Shown: positions 41,715 through 52,800 of the stretch, piece by piece
Layout of the letters: the number at the start of each line of letters is the position of its first letter
Position numbering within the stretch: position 1 is the stretch's first letter
Assembly (NCBI GenBank): GCA_963744145.1
Contig: CAVUSO010000001.1
Span: forward strand, 5,856,001-5,920,000
Length of the DNA: 64,000 nt
Source of the DNA: an uncultured cyanobacterium
GTDB taxonomy: Bacteria > Cyanobacteriota > Cyanobacteriia > Cyanobacteriales > CAWUOF01
Direction: 5' to 3'
Program-made: the position numbers and the translations under genes
Notes under the pieces: generated by a model
Databases searched by the model: none
Told to the model about the DNA's origin: nothing
Seen by the model: the letters and a program-made list of their open reading frames with translations, nothing else

Positions 41715-42548
41715 ATGGAGTTAATTCTAGCAGTATTTTTGATTTTATTAACGATGAGCATAATTTTTGGCAGTACTAGTGCTGTGAAAATTATTAACGA
41801 AGGTAATGAAGCTATAGTAGAACGTTTCCATCGATATAACCGTACCCTAAAACCAGGAATTCATTTAGTTATTCCGCTGGTTGAAAAAATCGTCTTTCAA
41901 GATACCTTACGGGAAATAATATTAGAAATTAAACCCCAGCATTTTATCACTAATGATAATGTTTATGTAGAAATAGAATCAATAGCCTATTGGCGGATTT
42001 TCAATATTGAAAGAGCTTATTATGATATTCCTGATATTGAAGAAACTTTGGGAACAGCAATTTTAACAATGCTTCGTCCTGTAATCAACCAAAAGAAACT
42101 AGCGGAGATATTAGCAGATACAGATAAAATCAATAAAGAGCTTTTAAAAATATTAGACCCCGTGACCAGTAATTGGGGAATTAAAGTATTGAGAGTAGAA
42201 TTTCGGAATATTAAACCACCCCCTGGTATTTTGGAATCAATCAAGCAAGCTAGATTAGCGGATATTAAAAAACAAGCTGAAATTTTAGCAGCTGAAAGCA
42301 CTGTTAAATCATTGGAACTGATTTCTAAAGCTCTGATGAATCAACCAAATGGAAAAGAAGTATTACAATATCTTCTTGCTCAAAAATATTTAGAAGCAAC
42401 TCAAAAATTAGGTGAGAGCCCTAATGCAAAAATTCTTTTTATGGACCCGAAAATGTGGTCAGAAACCCTAGATTCCTTAATCCATTCTATCCCCAAGGAA
42501 ACACCTGAACCACCATCAAATCCTCCACCTAATCCAGAATCAAAGTGA
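41715..42548 (+). CDS. SPFH/stomatin-like membrane protein
   Basis: N-terminal TM; ERF..Y.RTL.PG, ITNDNV, WGIKVLRVE. Confidence 0.9.
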   Translation: MELILAVFLILLTMSIIFGSTSAVKIINEGNEAIVERFHRYNRTLKPGIHLVIPLVEKIVFQDTLREIILEIKPQHFITNDNVYVEIESIAYWRIFNIERAYYDIPDIEETLGTAILTMLRPVINQKKLAEILADTDKINKELLKILDPVTSNWGIKVLRVEFRNIKPPPGILESIKQARLADIKKQAEILAAESTVKSLELISKALMNQPNGKEVLQYLLAQKYLEATQKLGESPNAKILFMDPKMWSETLDSLIHSIPKETPEPPSNPPPNPESK

Positions 42549-43400
42549 TTAATCCCGCAAAATTAGATCAGCAACCAGACAAACTTCTTGCATTTGTTGG
42601 ACATCATGAACTCGCAAAATATCTGCACCTTTAGCGATCGCAGCACTAGTAGCACCAGCAGTTCCCCAAATTCTTAATTTCGGATCAGGTTGGTTTAAAA
42701 TCTGACCAATAAAACTCTTACGAGATACTCCAATTAAAATTGGACAATTAAGAGCGCGAAAAATCGGTAATTTCTGCAAAATCTCTAGATTCTGAGCATA
42801 AGTCTTGGCAAAACCAATCCCAGGATCAATAATAATTTTAGCCGGATCAATACCTAGGGCGATCGCCGCTTGAATCCGAGTTGCTAAAAACTGATAAATT
42901 TCCCCGACTAAATCCTGATAATCAATGAATTGTTGCATTGTTTCAGGAGTACCGCGGATGTGCATTAAGGCGATCGGTACTCCTAATGATGCCACAACCG
43001 ACAACATATTTGGATCAAAAATTCCTCCAGAAATATCATTCACCAGATCAGCTCCAGCTTCCACTGCGGCTTGTGCTACTATTGAACGAGTAGTATCCAC
43101 CGAAATGGGTACATTTAAACCTAAATTCTGTCGTAATTTGGTAATCAGTGGTACTACCCGATTAATTTCTTCAACAACAGAAATAGGTTTAGCCCCAGGA
43201 CGAGTTGATTGACCACCAATATCCAGGATATCAGCCCCAGCAGCAACTAGAGCTTGAGCTTGAGTCAAAGCAGCATCGAGACTAGAGAAGTCACCCCCAT
43301 CGCTAAAGCTATCAGGGGTGACATTCAAAATACCCATTAAATAAGTGCGAACACCCCAAACAAAAGAGCGATCGCGAAGAGTCAATGGATGAGCAGTCAT
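42549..43400 (-). CDS. folP: Dihydropteroate synthase
   Basis: MGILNVTPDSFSDGG, GGQSTRPG, DPGIGF, SRKSF, RVHDV. Likely ATG at 43400. Confidence 0.97.
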   Translation of the reverse strand: MTAHPLTLRDRSFVWGVRTYLMGILNVTPDSFSDGGDFSSLDAALTQAQALVAAGADILDIGGQSTRPGAKPISVVEEINRVVPLITKLRQNLGLNVPISVDTTRSIVAQAAVEAGADLVNDISGGIFDPNMLSVVASLGVPIALMHIRGTPETMQQFIDYQDLVGEIYQFLATRIQAAIALGIDPAKIIIDPGIGFAKTYAQNLEILQKLPIFRALNCPILIGVSRKSFIGQILNQPDPKLRIWGTAGATSAAIAKGADILRVHDVQQMQEVCLVADLILRD

Positions 43401-43404
43401 GATG

Positions 43405-44130
43405 CTATTTATAGTTGACAATCCGAGCAAAGCTAGCAGATTCTAGACTTGCTCCACCAACAAGAGCCCCATCGATTTCTGGTTGAGCCATAATTTCATC
43501 AATATTATCCGGTTTAACCGAACCACCGTATTGAATGGGCACATCAGGATTAGTCAATTGCTCACGAATTAAACCAATCACGCGATTAGCTTCTTTAGTT
43601 TCGCAAGTATCACCCGTACCAATAGCCCAGATTGGTTCATAAGCGATAATTAGCTGTGTTTGATCAACATCCACCAAATCTTTGGCTAATTGATGACTAA
43701 TGATCGCTTCCGTTTCACCTTTGTCCCTTTGTTGCTTGGTTTCACCCACACAAAGAATCGGTGTCAGGTGGTGCCGTTGGGCTGCTTTTAGTCGGCGATT
43801 AACGGTATCATCAGTTTCCCCAAAATATTGCCGTCGTTCGCTATGTCCAATAATCACATAACGTACACCAAGTTCCGTCAGCATCGGACCAGAAATTTCA
43901 CCAGTGTAGGCACCAGCATCTTCCCAGTGAATATTTTGGGCACCCAGTCGCACCAGACCACCATGCAAATTGTTAGACATGATGCCCAAAGCAGTGAAAG
44001 GAACACACAAAATTACTTCCCTCGCGTTGGGAGTTTCTTCCAGACTGGGTGTAAATCCCCTTAAAAACTCCAGTGCATCTGACTGGGTTTTGTACATTTT
44101 CCAGTTACCAGCAATAACAATTTTCCGCAC
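43405..44130 (-). CDS. tpiA: Triosephosphate isomerase
   Basis: [35 protein letters not shown]. Confidence 0.98.
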   Translation of the reverse strand: MRKIVIAGNWKMYKTQSDALEFLRGFTPSLEETPNAREVILCVPFTALGIMSNNLHGGLVRLGAQNIHWEDAGAYTGEISGPMLTELGVRYVIIGHSERRQYFGETDDTVNRRLKAAQRHHLTPILCVGETKQQRDKGETEAIISHQLAKDLVDVDQTQLIIAYEPIWAIGTGDTCETKEANRVIGLIREQLTNPDVPIQYGGSVKPDNIDEIMAQPEIDGALVGGASLESASFARIVNYK

Positions 44131-44427
44131 AGGTGACTCAGTTAAACTTCAGAACAGAAAGCACTTTTTAGTTTAAGGCTTGCAGGGGACAATTTTTAGT
44201 GTAGATTTGAGATTTTGGTTTGATTTTAACTTGCCAAAAAGATCAGATCGCTTTTTTTCTGGCAGGAAGGGATTGAGGACTACTTTCCAGCGAGCCAATT
44301 TTACCTAAATCCTGGTGATCCAGATTGAGCTAGAAATATCTTTTGTCCCATTTCCGTAATTTAGTCCAGGATCGGTGCGTTAATTCATTTGGCGATCGCC
44401 CCGTTACCACCTAGTATAGAGAATTTA

Positions 44428-45552
44428 CTATTGTTTGATAAATTCTAAATACTGATTTACAATTTTATCTATATAAAAATCAGCTGCTCGCTTTTGTAAT
44501 AAATTTCTATCTAGGGGCTCTTTGAGCGTGGTTAAAATTGCTTGAGCTAACTCGTATTCATTACCGATCGGGACTAGTTTCCCATATTTTCCATATTCTA
44601 AAAGTTCCGCTGAACCACTTGGACAATCTGTAGAAACAATCGGTATTCCTACTGCTAAGGATTCTAGGATAACATTAGATAATCCTTCCCATCTAGAACT
44701 TAAAACGAAAATGTCAGATTTTTTAATATAGATAAATGGATTAGGGACAAAACCTGTGAGGGAAACCTGATTTTTTACACCTAATTCATCGATTAACTGT
44801 TCCAGTTCTTTTCGCTGTGATCCTTCTCCCAGAATAATTAAACGAGACTTCAATGACTGATTGACAATCACAAAAGCTTTGATTAGAGTCACAAAATCTT
44901 TTTCATATTCAAGTCTCCCAATCCCTAAAATCACCGGTAAATTTTTATTAATTAACCAGGGATGATTGATTGGTTCTTCTAGCTTAGTTGCTATTTCTTC
45001 AGGGATGATCGGATTATAGATCGCTTTGATCTTTGAGGAAGATATACCCGTAAGTTTGATGACATCATCAGCAACTCCTTGAGAAACTGCAATAATTTTA
45101 TCACTCCAGGGATAGGTAAAGCGCAATAGATTAGTTTCCAGCTTTCCCTTAATCCCTTTTTTCTGGAAATCTTGAGATAAATTGACTCTTACGGAAATAA
45201 TAATTTGACAATTAACTCCTGAAATAAATCTAGCCAAAGATGCTAAATTAATACTATCATAAATGGTAATCAAAGTTTGAGGGCGTGAACTTTTTAAATA
45301 ATTAGCGATCGCGAATAATTTTTGGAAAATAAATTGAGTTTCTTGGTTTTCAATTCCTAAGGTAACTACTTTAACTCCAGCCGGAATTTCTGGTGCATTT
45401 TCCTTCACTGAACCAATCAATACTAGTTCTACTTCGATCCCATGTGCAATTAATCCTTTTGCTATTCTCAGAGTAGATCGCTCACAACCATAACCAGCTA
45501 AAGCAGGTAGTAAAAAACTAATTCTTGATAAATCCACGATCCAATACCTCAT
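44428..45552 (-). CDS. Glycosyltransferase family 4
   Basis: AVSQGV, IGRLEYEKDF, SSRWEGLSNVILES, TDCPSG. Confidence 0.92.
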   Translation of the reverse strand: MRYWIVDLSRISFLLPALAGYGCERSTLRIAKGLIAHGIEVELVLIGSVKENAPEIPAGVKVVTLGIENQETQFIFQKLFAIANYLKSSRPQTLITIYDSINLASLARFISGVNCQIIISVRVNLSQDFQKKGIKGKLETNLLRFTYPWSDKIIAVSQGVADDVIKLTGISSSKIKAIYNPIIPEEIATKLEEPINHPWLINKNLPVILGIGRLEYEKDFVTLIKAFVIVNQSLKSRLIILGEGSQRKELEQLIDELGVKNQVSLTGFVPNPFIYIKKSDIFVLSSRWEGLSNVILESLAVGIPIVSTDCPSGSAELLEYGKYGKLVPIGNEYELAQAILTTLKEPLDRNLLQKRAADFYIDKIVNQYLEFIKQ

Positions 45553-45556
45553 TCAA

Positions 45557-45618
45557 TCAGTTTGATGGACTAGACAAAGCTGAAAAAAATACCCTCAACC
45601 CTTATTTGAAGAATTAGG
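45557..45618. repeat. Dispersed bipartite repeat, copy 2
   Basis: Blocks identical to 18622-18681, with a 14-bp instead of 12-bp spacer. Confidence 0.85.
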
Positions 45619-45625
45619 CTATTAA

Positions 45626-46555
45626 TTAGATTTTTAATTTTGAAATTACTTGGTTTAAAACGTAGGTAGGACGTAGTAATAATGCTCCTAGCAAATTCGG
45701 TAATAGCCAATGATATTCATGTCTAGAAACATTAGTAACAGCAGCTTTATATAAAACATAACTCAAATCTTTTCGTTTTTGATCTAATTTTTCCCACCAA
45801 GGTTTTTGCGATTGAATCACTAAAAATTCTGACCAGGTTGGTTCTGGCTTTCCTTGACAACGTCTAATCATACATTCTGTAACCCAATTAACTTTTTCGA
45901 TCCCTTGTTTGGCATTAGTTACCGAAATTGAAGTAGAATGGATTCTGTATTTTACCAAAAATTCTGGCTGAACTAAAATCGGATAACCCTGTTCAGCAAC
46001 TCTGTTCCATAAATCTAAATCTTCAGCATAGCTAAAATTCCGATAACCTCCAACTGCTTGAATTACCGATTTTTTCATAATTACCGCTGGTTGATGGAAT
46101 CCGATGAGTTGATTTTTACGGACATACTCTTCCACCACAGCTCTATTGGTGAACTTTGCTCGAAATTGACCAATAATTTTGCCATCTTCACCAATATTAT
46201 AAACATAGCTGCTCGCTACAGCAAGATCGGGGTTTTCGGCAATAAAAGCTAATTGTCTTTCAATTCGGTTGGGCATCATCAGATCATCTGCGTCCATCCG
46301 GCAAATCCATTCATTTTTGCTCAATTCTATTCCTTTATTCAAAGTATTAGGTATGCCACTATTGGCTTGAGTAATTACCTTGATTCGTTGATCTTTTTCG
46401 GCATAAGATTTGATAATAGCTAGGGTATTGTCGGTAGAACCATCATCAATGATCAGTAATTCAAAATTTGGGTATGTTTGAACTAAGATACTCTCAATGG
46501 TTTCTGCAATGTAACGCTCGGCATTGTAAGCTGGTATAAGGATGGATACCTGCAT
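45626..46555 (-). CDS. Glycosyltransferase family 2 (close duplicate of 20305..21237)
   Basis: Near-identical protein; likely start MQVSIL at 46555. Confidence 0.93.
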   Translation of the reverse strand: MQVSILIPAYNAERYIAETIESILVQTYPNFELLIIDDGSTDNTLAIIKSYAEKDQRIKVITQANSGIPNTLNKGIELSKNEWICRMDADDLMMPNRIERQLAFIAENPDLAVASSYVYNIGEDGKIIGQFRAKFTNRAVVEEYVRKNQLIGFHQPAVIMKKSVIQAVGGYRNFSYAEDLDLWNRVAEQGYPILVQPEFLVKYRIHSTSISVTNAKQGIEKVNWVTECMIRRCQGKPEPTWSEFLVIQSQKPWWEKLDQKRKDLSYVLYKAAVTNVSRHEYHWLLPNLLGALLLRPTYVLNQVISKLKI

Positions 46556-46629
46556 AAATTTACCCTCCTGATTCATTGGCAATCATTATATTCTAGTGGA
46601 AAAAACCACATTACCTCCAAAAAATTTTA

Positions 46630-46884
46630 GGCGTTACTGATTTACGGGATGAAAGACTAGACCTCTTGCAAAAGTCCTTATTGATCAATTTATTGACAGG
46701 CAAGATGCCTGTCCCACTAGAAAAAATCACCTTTGTGGGACGGGCATCTTGCCTGTCCTATTTATTTTTGCAAGAAGTCTACTGAATCTGTCAGAACCCA
46801 AATTAGTAGGGGTGATAGGGGCGTATAGCAATACGCCCCTAAATTTTCAAGTTATCTATTTTCATCCCTTAATTAAACAACACC
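46630..46884. mobile_element. Outer MITE-like element hosting a nested insertion
   Basis: Imperfect TIRs GGCGTTACTGATTTACGGGATGAA / TTCATCCCTTAATTAAACAACACC; internal hairpin TAGGGGCGTAT-AGCA-ATACGCCCCTA. Confidence 0.55.
46658..46781. mobile_element. 124-bp MITE, copy 1
   Basis: TIRs TAGACCTCTTGCAAAA / TTTTGCAAGAAGTCTA; inner inverted repeat ACAGGCAAGATGCCTGTCCCAC / GTGGGACGGGCATCTTGCCTGT. An inverted copy lies at 55641. Confidence 0.8.
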
Positions 46885-46909
46885 AACTTGACTATACTTA
46901 ATTTAATAT

Positions 46910-48841
46910 TTATGCTTGATTTCGCCCCTTGATTACACCATATACTTCTACCGTCTCGACACGACCTTTAACATGGAGCGGTCCGAGAGGTTTGAGGATA
47001 ATTTCATCATGTTGGTCATGGTTTTTAATCGCTTCAGCCGTGGTATGATTAATTAATATGGGATACTCAGGATATTCTTTGGTTAAACTTTCTAATCTCG
47101 CAGCGACATTAACTGCATCTCCGATCACTGTATATAACAAACGTTCCATTGAACCAATTTGACCTGCGACTACTTCTCCTGTACTAATCCCAATTCCGCT
47201 TCTAATTGGTACTTCACCACGAGTAATTCGTCTTTGGTTGAGTGCTTCTAGTCGATCGCGCATTGCTAAAGCAGCTGAAACAGCACACCATTCTTGATCT
47301 GGTTGGACGATCGGCGCACCAAAGATGACAATAATTGCATCACCAATAAAGTTATTAATATAACCTCCCCACGGACGGACAGCCGCAGTCATTTCGGTCA
47401 AATATTCATTTAATAAAGACATTACTGCTTGCGGAACCATTTGTTCAGAAATTGTTGAAAATCCCCGAATATCCGAAAATAATACGGTGCAGATTCGCGT
47501 TTCTCCTCCTAATTCTAAGTTACCATTAAGTAATTTTTCCCGGACTTCTGGTGATACCACTCTCCCAAAAATATCTCTTTCTTTTTGTCGATCGCGTAAT
47601 CCTCCAATCATGGTATTAAAAGCTTGAGCTAATACCCCTAACTCATCATGATGATAAACTTTTATATGGAGACCCTCTAGCTCTCCCTTTTCAATTTTGT
47701 GAGCTGCTTTTGTCAAAGCTTGGATTGGTTTTACAATGGTGCGAGCAAATAGCAAGGCTAAAATAGTCACGATCGCTCCAACGATAAAAACACTGCGATC
47801 GGTCTGTTTCGCTAACTGATTTAAGGAACTAGCAAACTGTTCTTCTGACTCTTTCACACCAACTACCCAAGGTTTATTTCTCAAAGGTGCAAAACCCACA
47901 ATTTGTGATATTTCTGATTTGGGGTCAAGATAGCTAGTATGTCCTGGATTTTTGGCTTTGATCATGACATTAGCTAACTGAAAAAGATTTAAACTCGTGG
48001 GTTTATAAATATCGATTTTGGCAAACCGATCAACAAAATTACTTTCCTTTATCGCTGCTGGTGATAAAGGAGCTAAACTACTGTATAATAAATCTTTATT
48101 GCGATCATTGATAATAATTCCATATTGATCAATTAAAAAAGCATCGCCTTTTTCACCTACCTGTAAATGATCGACAATTTTGCTAATTCTTGCTCCTTGA
48201 AGTTTCAGAACAGCAATACCCACAATTTGTTTGTCCTCGGATTTTACTGGTACGGAAAAATATAATCCAGCTTGCTCTGTGGTTGAGCCAATTAAGAGAT
48301 CAGAAATATAACTTTTTCCTTTGATTGCACCCTTGTAGTAATCTCGAAAAGCATAACTTTTATTAACATTTTTGGGATTGGTAGACATCAGACAAAGACC
48401 AGTCGGATCTAAAAGAAAAACACTAGCATAATCCGAATTAGATTTTCTAATACTGTCTAAAGCTTGATAAGCTAATGCGTGCAAAGCTTGTTGATGTTTA
48501 GCCGAGGTGTAACTAGAGAGAAAAGCCACTACCTGACTATTTTCAGCTACTAAACCAGCAACTTTATTTGTATCGATAATTAATTGATCTAGACGACTAG
48601 CCGTAATAGTAGCTAATAGCTCTAAATTACGGTATTCAGTCATTTGTAAACTTACTAAACTTTTGTGTAAGTTAAAATAGGCAATACTGGTCATCGGAAC
48701 TAAGGCTGCAATTAGCAATATAGTGGAAACTTTAACCGCTATTGGCCATTCCAGTACACAAAACCTGATCAGAATAGGTTTTAATTTATAGGGAATGGGC
48801 ATCATTAATAAACGGATCAGGCGATCGCAAATCTGCTTCAT
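46910..48841 (-). CDS. Class III nucleotide cyclase: TM-Cache-TM-HAMP-cyclase
   Basis: LFSDIRGFS, FIGDA, GIGISTG, YTVIGDAVNVAARLE; HAMP motif DELG.LA.AFN.M. Confidence 0.93.
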   Translation of the reverse strand: MKQICDRLIRLLMMPIPYKLKPILIRFCVLEWPIAVKVSTILLIAALVPMTSIAYFNLHKSLVSLQMTEYRNLELLATITASRLDQLIIDTNKVAGLVAENSQVVAFLSSYTSAKHQQALHALAYQALDSIRKSNSDYASVFLLDPTGLCLMSTNPKNVNKSYAFRDYYKGAIKGKSYISDLLIGSTTEQAGLYFSVPVKSEDKQIVGIAVLKLQGARISKIVDHLQVGEKGDAFLIDQYGIIINDRNKDLLYSSLAPLSPAAIKESNFVDRFAKIDIYKPTSLNLFQLANVMIKAKNPGHTSYLDPKSEISQIVGFAPLRNKPWVVGVKESEEQFASSLNQLAKQTDRSVFIVGAIVTILALLFARTIVKPIQALTKAAHKIEKGELEGLHIKVYHHDELGVLAQAFNTMIGGLRDRQKERDIFGRVVSPEVREKLLNGNLELGGETRICTVLFSDIRGFSTISEQMVPQAVMSLLNEYLTEMTAAVRPWGGYINNFIGDAIIVIFGAPIVQPDQEWCAVSAALAMRDRLEALNQRRITRGEVPIRSGIGISTGEVVAGQIGSMERLLYTVIGDAVNVAARLESLTKEYPEYPILINHTTAEAIKNHDQHDEIILKPLGPLHVKGRVETVEVYGVIKGRNQA

Positions 48842-48996
48842 AAAACAATCAACCTAAAATTTAGCAAATGAAAGCAATTTGCCGTTAACAATTACTTTGA
48901 TTGAAAAGCTAGTATAGTTGATCTAAACAATCCGGATTTAGTTCAGCAGTTTGTGGGACTTTACTTAAATCAAGTTCCATGTTTAAATATAGCATT

Positions 48997-49842
48997 TTAG
49001 GTATCTTTTGCCATGGCTGATAGTACCGCTTGCTGACTAACATTGGTATAAACTTTATTTAAGTATTCCATTATCGTTGCGATCGAAGCCGACTTAGTCC
49101 CTGCTTCTAAATCAACTGCTAAAGGAATTGCTCCTAAAACATCTAAAACAGTACCGTTACTCGGTGGGGGCACAATCACAACTAGCCCCGGTTCTAGTTG
49201 TTGATTATATTGCCAAAATTTTTTCCCTCTTAAAGAATAACAGGAAATTTCTGCTTGTAAATCCTGTTTTTCTAATTTCGTTCGTTTGCTTGTCTGTTCT
49301 CCTGTTCCCGTACTTCTAATTTGACGTAATGCTGTCAAGATTTGCTCTTTACTACGTCCTCGGAGTTGAAATAGGACAAAAGGATCTTCACTAAAGCGAT
49401 CGCCTAATAAATAATAAATTGCGCCAATATGTTTGCAAGGATTAACTTTATCGGGACAACTACAGCGACTGTGGATTTCTTCTAAGGTATAGGGAAATAA
49501 GGTCACCCCATTCTTGACAAAAACTTCTTCTAAATTTGCGGGCATTTCTCCAGATAATAATCTGGCTGAAAAACTCGCTTTTTGTGCCATACTTTCAATG
49601 ATATAGTGCCACTGTTCATCACTAAATGGTGCCATGAACAGTGAAACTTGATAGGGTTCTGGTTCTGTACCTTGCACTTGGGCAATAACTTTTTCCCCGG
49701 CAAAATCAATACTTAGAACATTTCCTTGTCTAGCATAGTTGCGGGCACGTTCGAGTCTTTTTTTAAATCGATATTTATCTAATAACTCTAACCATCTTTC
49801 TACCCACCATTCTCGTTTAATTTGCGCTGGTTCATTCACCAT
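48997..49842 (-). CDS. SWIM zinc-finger protein
   Basis: RLERARNYARQG, CSCPD..PCKH, DPF.LF.LRG. Confidence 0.92.
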   Translation of the reverse strand: MVNEPAQIKREWWVERWLELLDKYRFKKRLERARNYARQGNVLSIDFAGEKVIAQVQGTEPEPYQVSLFMAPFSDEQWHYIIESMAQKASFSARLLSGEMPANLEEVFVKNGVTLFPYTLEEIHSRCSCPDKVNPCKHIGAIYYLLGDRFSEDPFVLFQLRGRSKEQILTALRQIRSTGTGEQTSKRTKLEKQDLQAEISCYSLRGKKFWQYNQQLEPGLVVIVPPPSNGTVLDVLGAIPLAVDLEAGTKSASIATIMEYLNKVYTNVSQQAVLSAMAKDT

Positions 49843-49866
49843 GATTTAATTTCCTTCATTAGTAAT

Positions 49867-52800
49867 TTATTCAACTATAACTGCATCGCGGTCTAATAAC
49901 AATAAGTCCCGCAGCTGATTGGTATCTAATTCGGTTAACCAGTTTTCTCCAGCACCTACTACTTGTTCAGCTAAAGCTTTTTTGCTTTCCATTAAGTCAT
50001 GGATTTTTTCCTCTAATGTACCTGTACAGACAAATTTATGGACTTGAACATTACGACTTTGCCCAATTCTAAATACTCGGTCTGTAGCTTGATTTTCCAC
50101 TGCGGGATTCCACCATCGATCAAAGTGAAATACATGATTAGCACGAGTTAAATTCAGTCCGGTTCCCCCAGCTTTGAGAGAGAATCATAATTGGTGGACC
50201 TTGGGGATCATTTTGAAAGCGATCGATCATTTCTTCCCGTTGAGCTTTAGAAGTGCTACCATATAAAAAGAATATTTCTTGTTTTAGTTGCTTTTCTAAA
50301 TAGGGTTTAAGTAATTTTCCCCATTCGGCAAATTGGGTAAAAATTAAAGCCCGATCACCTTCTGCTAAAACTTCTTCGAGCATTTCTTCTAACCGCTGGA
50401 GTTTACCCGAATCTTTAGTGCTAATGCTAGTTTGTTTACTTTTACCCTCTTCTTTTAAAAGTACCGGATGATTACAAATTTGCTTTAATTTTACCAGTAA
50501 TGCTAAAATCATCCCCCGACGTTTAATTCCCTCAGATGATTCAATTTCTGTTAAGGATGTTTCTACCAACTTTTGGTATAAAGCAGCTTGTTCATTTGCG
50601 AGTCCACAAAATACAGCCATTTCCTGTTTTTCTGGTAAGTCTTGGATAATACTTTTATCACTTTTTAACCGACGCAAAATAAAAGGACGTACTAGCGATC
50701 GCAATATCTGTAAAGAATCTGTATCTCCATATTTTTCAATTGGAATAGCAAATCTTCTTTGGAAAAAATTCCGCGGTCCTAAATATCCAGGATTGAGAAA
50801 ATCTAAAATTGACCATAATTCTGATAGTCGGTTTTCCACAGGAGTACCAGTTAGAGCAATCCGAAATGATGCGTTTATTTGTCGAACTGCTTGGGATTGT
50901 TTTGCGTCTGAATTTTTAATATTTTGAGCTTCATCTAAAACTATTCCTTGCCAAGATATACTTTGAATATCCTTTAAATCTCGATAAATTAGGGGATAAC
51001 TGGTAATTAGTAAATCTTTCCCATTTATGGCTTTAATCAGTTCTTTTCCTTTAGCACGTTTATCTCCATGATGTACCATTAATTTTAAAGTGGGAGAAAA
51101 TTTCTTTACCTCTCTTTCCCAATTACCTAGTACGGAAGTTGGACAAATTAATAATACTGGTGCTTCTAACTCTCCTTTTTCTCTTAAATAGAGGAGAAAT
51201 GCGATTAGTTGGATAGTTTTACCTAATCCCATATCATCTGCTAAACAAGCACCTAAACTCCAACGTTGCAGAAAAGCTAACCAACTCACACCTCTTGCTT
51301 GATAAGGTCTTAACTCACCTCGGAAATTAGCTGGAGGTGTAATTTCTTCTAGTTGTTGATTTCCAGTTAAAGTTGACATTAATTCTTGCAACATTCCCGA
51401 TGATTCAAAACTGACTACTGGCAATTTTTCAATCATCTGGTTATCTCCTGTCGATAACCGAAGAGCATCTTCAAGAGAAAGGGATAATTGTTCTTTTCGA
51501 CTGGTAAAGAAATTTTGAGCTGCTCTCACATCTTGCGATCGCAACTCTACCCATTCTCCATTAATTTCCACTAAGGGAGAATTTAATGCTACTAATCGAT
51601 CGAATTCAGCTTTAGATATTTTTTGTCCACCAATAGATAATTCCCATTGAAAATTAAGTAAACTTTGTAGTCCCAAACGGTCATTTTTCTTTAATTTGGG
51701 AGTTTCAGCTCGAATGCTTAAACCCAAACGGGAAGCGATCGCATCTCGATTAGTTAAACTTGATGGTAAGATCACACCCAATCCACTATCTAAAAAACGC
51801 CAAGCAGCAGTTTTAATAAATTCATAAGCTTGGATCGGTGTTAAAACACAACAAGTCGGACAGGGTTGATCTAAACTAGATTCAATTGGGGTAAATAGTC
51901 TGGTCGCTAAACCTAAACCTTTCAGCAAAGTTTCCTGGGGTTGTTCAACTATTATTCCCCGAATCATTAGCTGTTCTCCCGGATTATTCCAGATGGTTTG
52001 AGCAGCAATTAAAAATTCGGAATCCGCGATTGACTGTAAAACATATTCTACCATCCACTCAGTTTTCCCAGGTAGGGGAGATTGGAGATAAAAACCAGCT
52101 CGAAATCGGTTTTGAGTATCTAGATATTGCTGTAATGGTGCTGTCCAAGTAGTTAAAGCAGTTGCTAAACTTTTTATTGCTACTGGTGCGATCGCTTTCA
52201 CTATTCCCGATGTCGATCCTAATCCTTGTAACCATTCTTTTACTTGGGGTGGTACAGATGTAGCTATTTTTGGATCTAAAGGATTTTCACTAACTACTTT
52301 TCTGACTCTTGTATCAATAACATGACTAAGAAAATTCCGTAATAATTCCTGGGGATTAGCGGGTAAATCTACCTTTAAATGGGAGATTTTTTCTGAAGTT
52401 TGACTAATTTCCTGATAAGTTTGACAAATGCTGGGCATTAATTTAGTAAAACGTTCAAACCGATTTTGATCTACAGCACTATCAAGTAAAATTTGCCAAT
52501 TCGCAACAGTTAAATCTTTAACGATTAGAGCTGGTAAAAATTTACATCTTGCTAGTAAATCTAAACTCCATCGGACTAGGTGTGACCAAAACCGTAAATC
52601 TGCACCGACAAAGGAATTTTCTGTGATGGTTCCTAAAGGTATAGATTGCAAAAAATTTATTGCTTCTGAAGGTGCTAAACTGATCCCCTCAACTTGCCAA
52701 GTGTAGAGATAAAAATCATCATTTTCTGTCAATTCAGCCGCAGAATGTTGAGGAATTAATTCATCTGCATTAGTGATAATTGTGGGGATAGCGATCGCAA

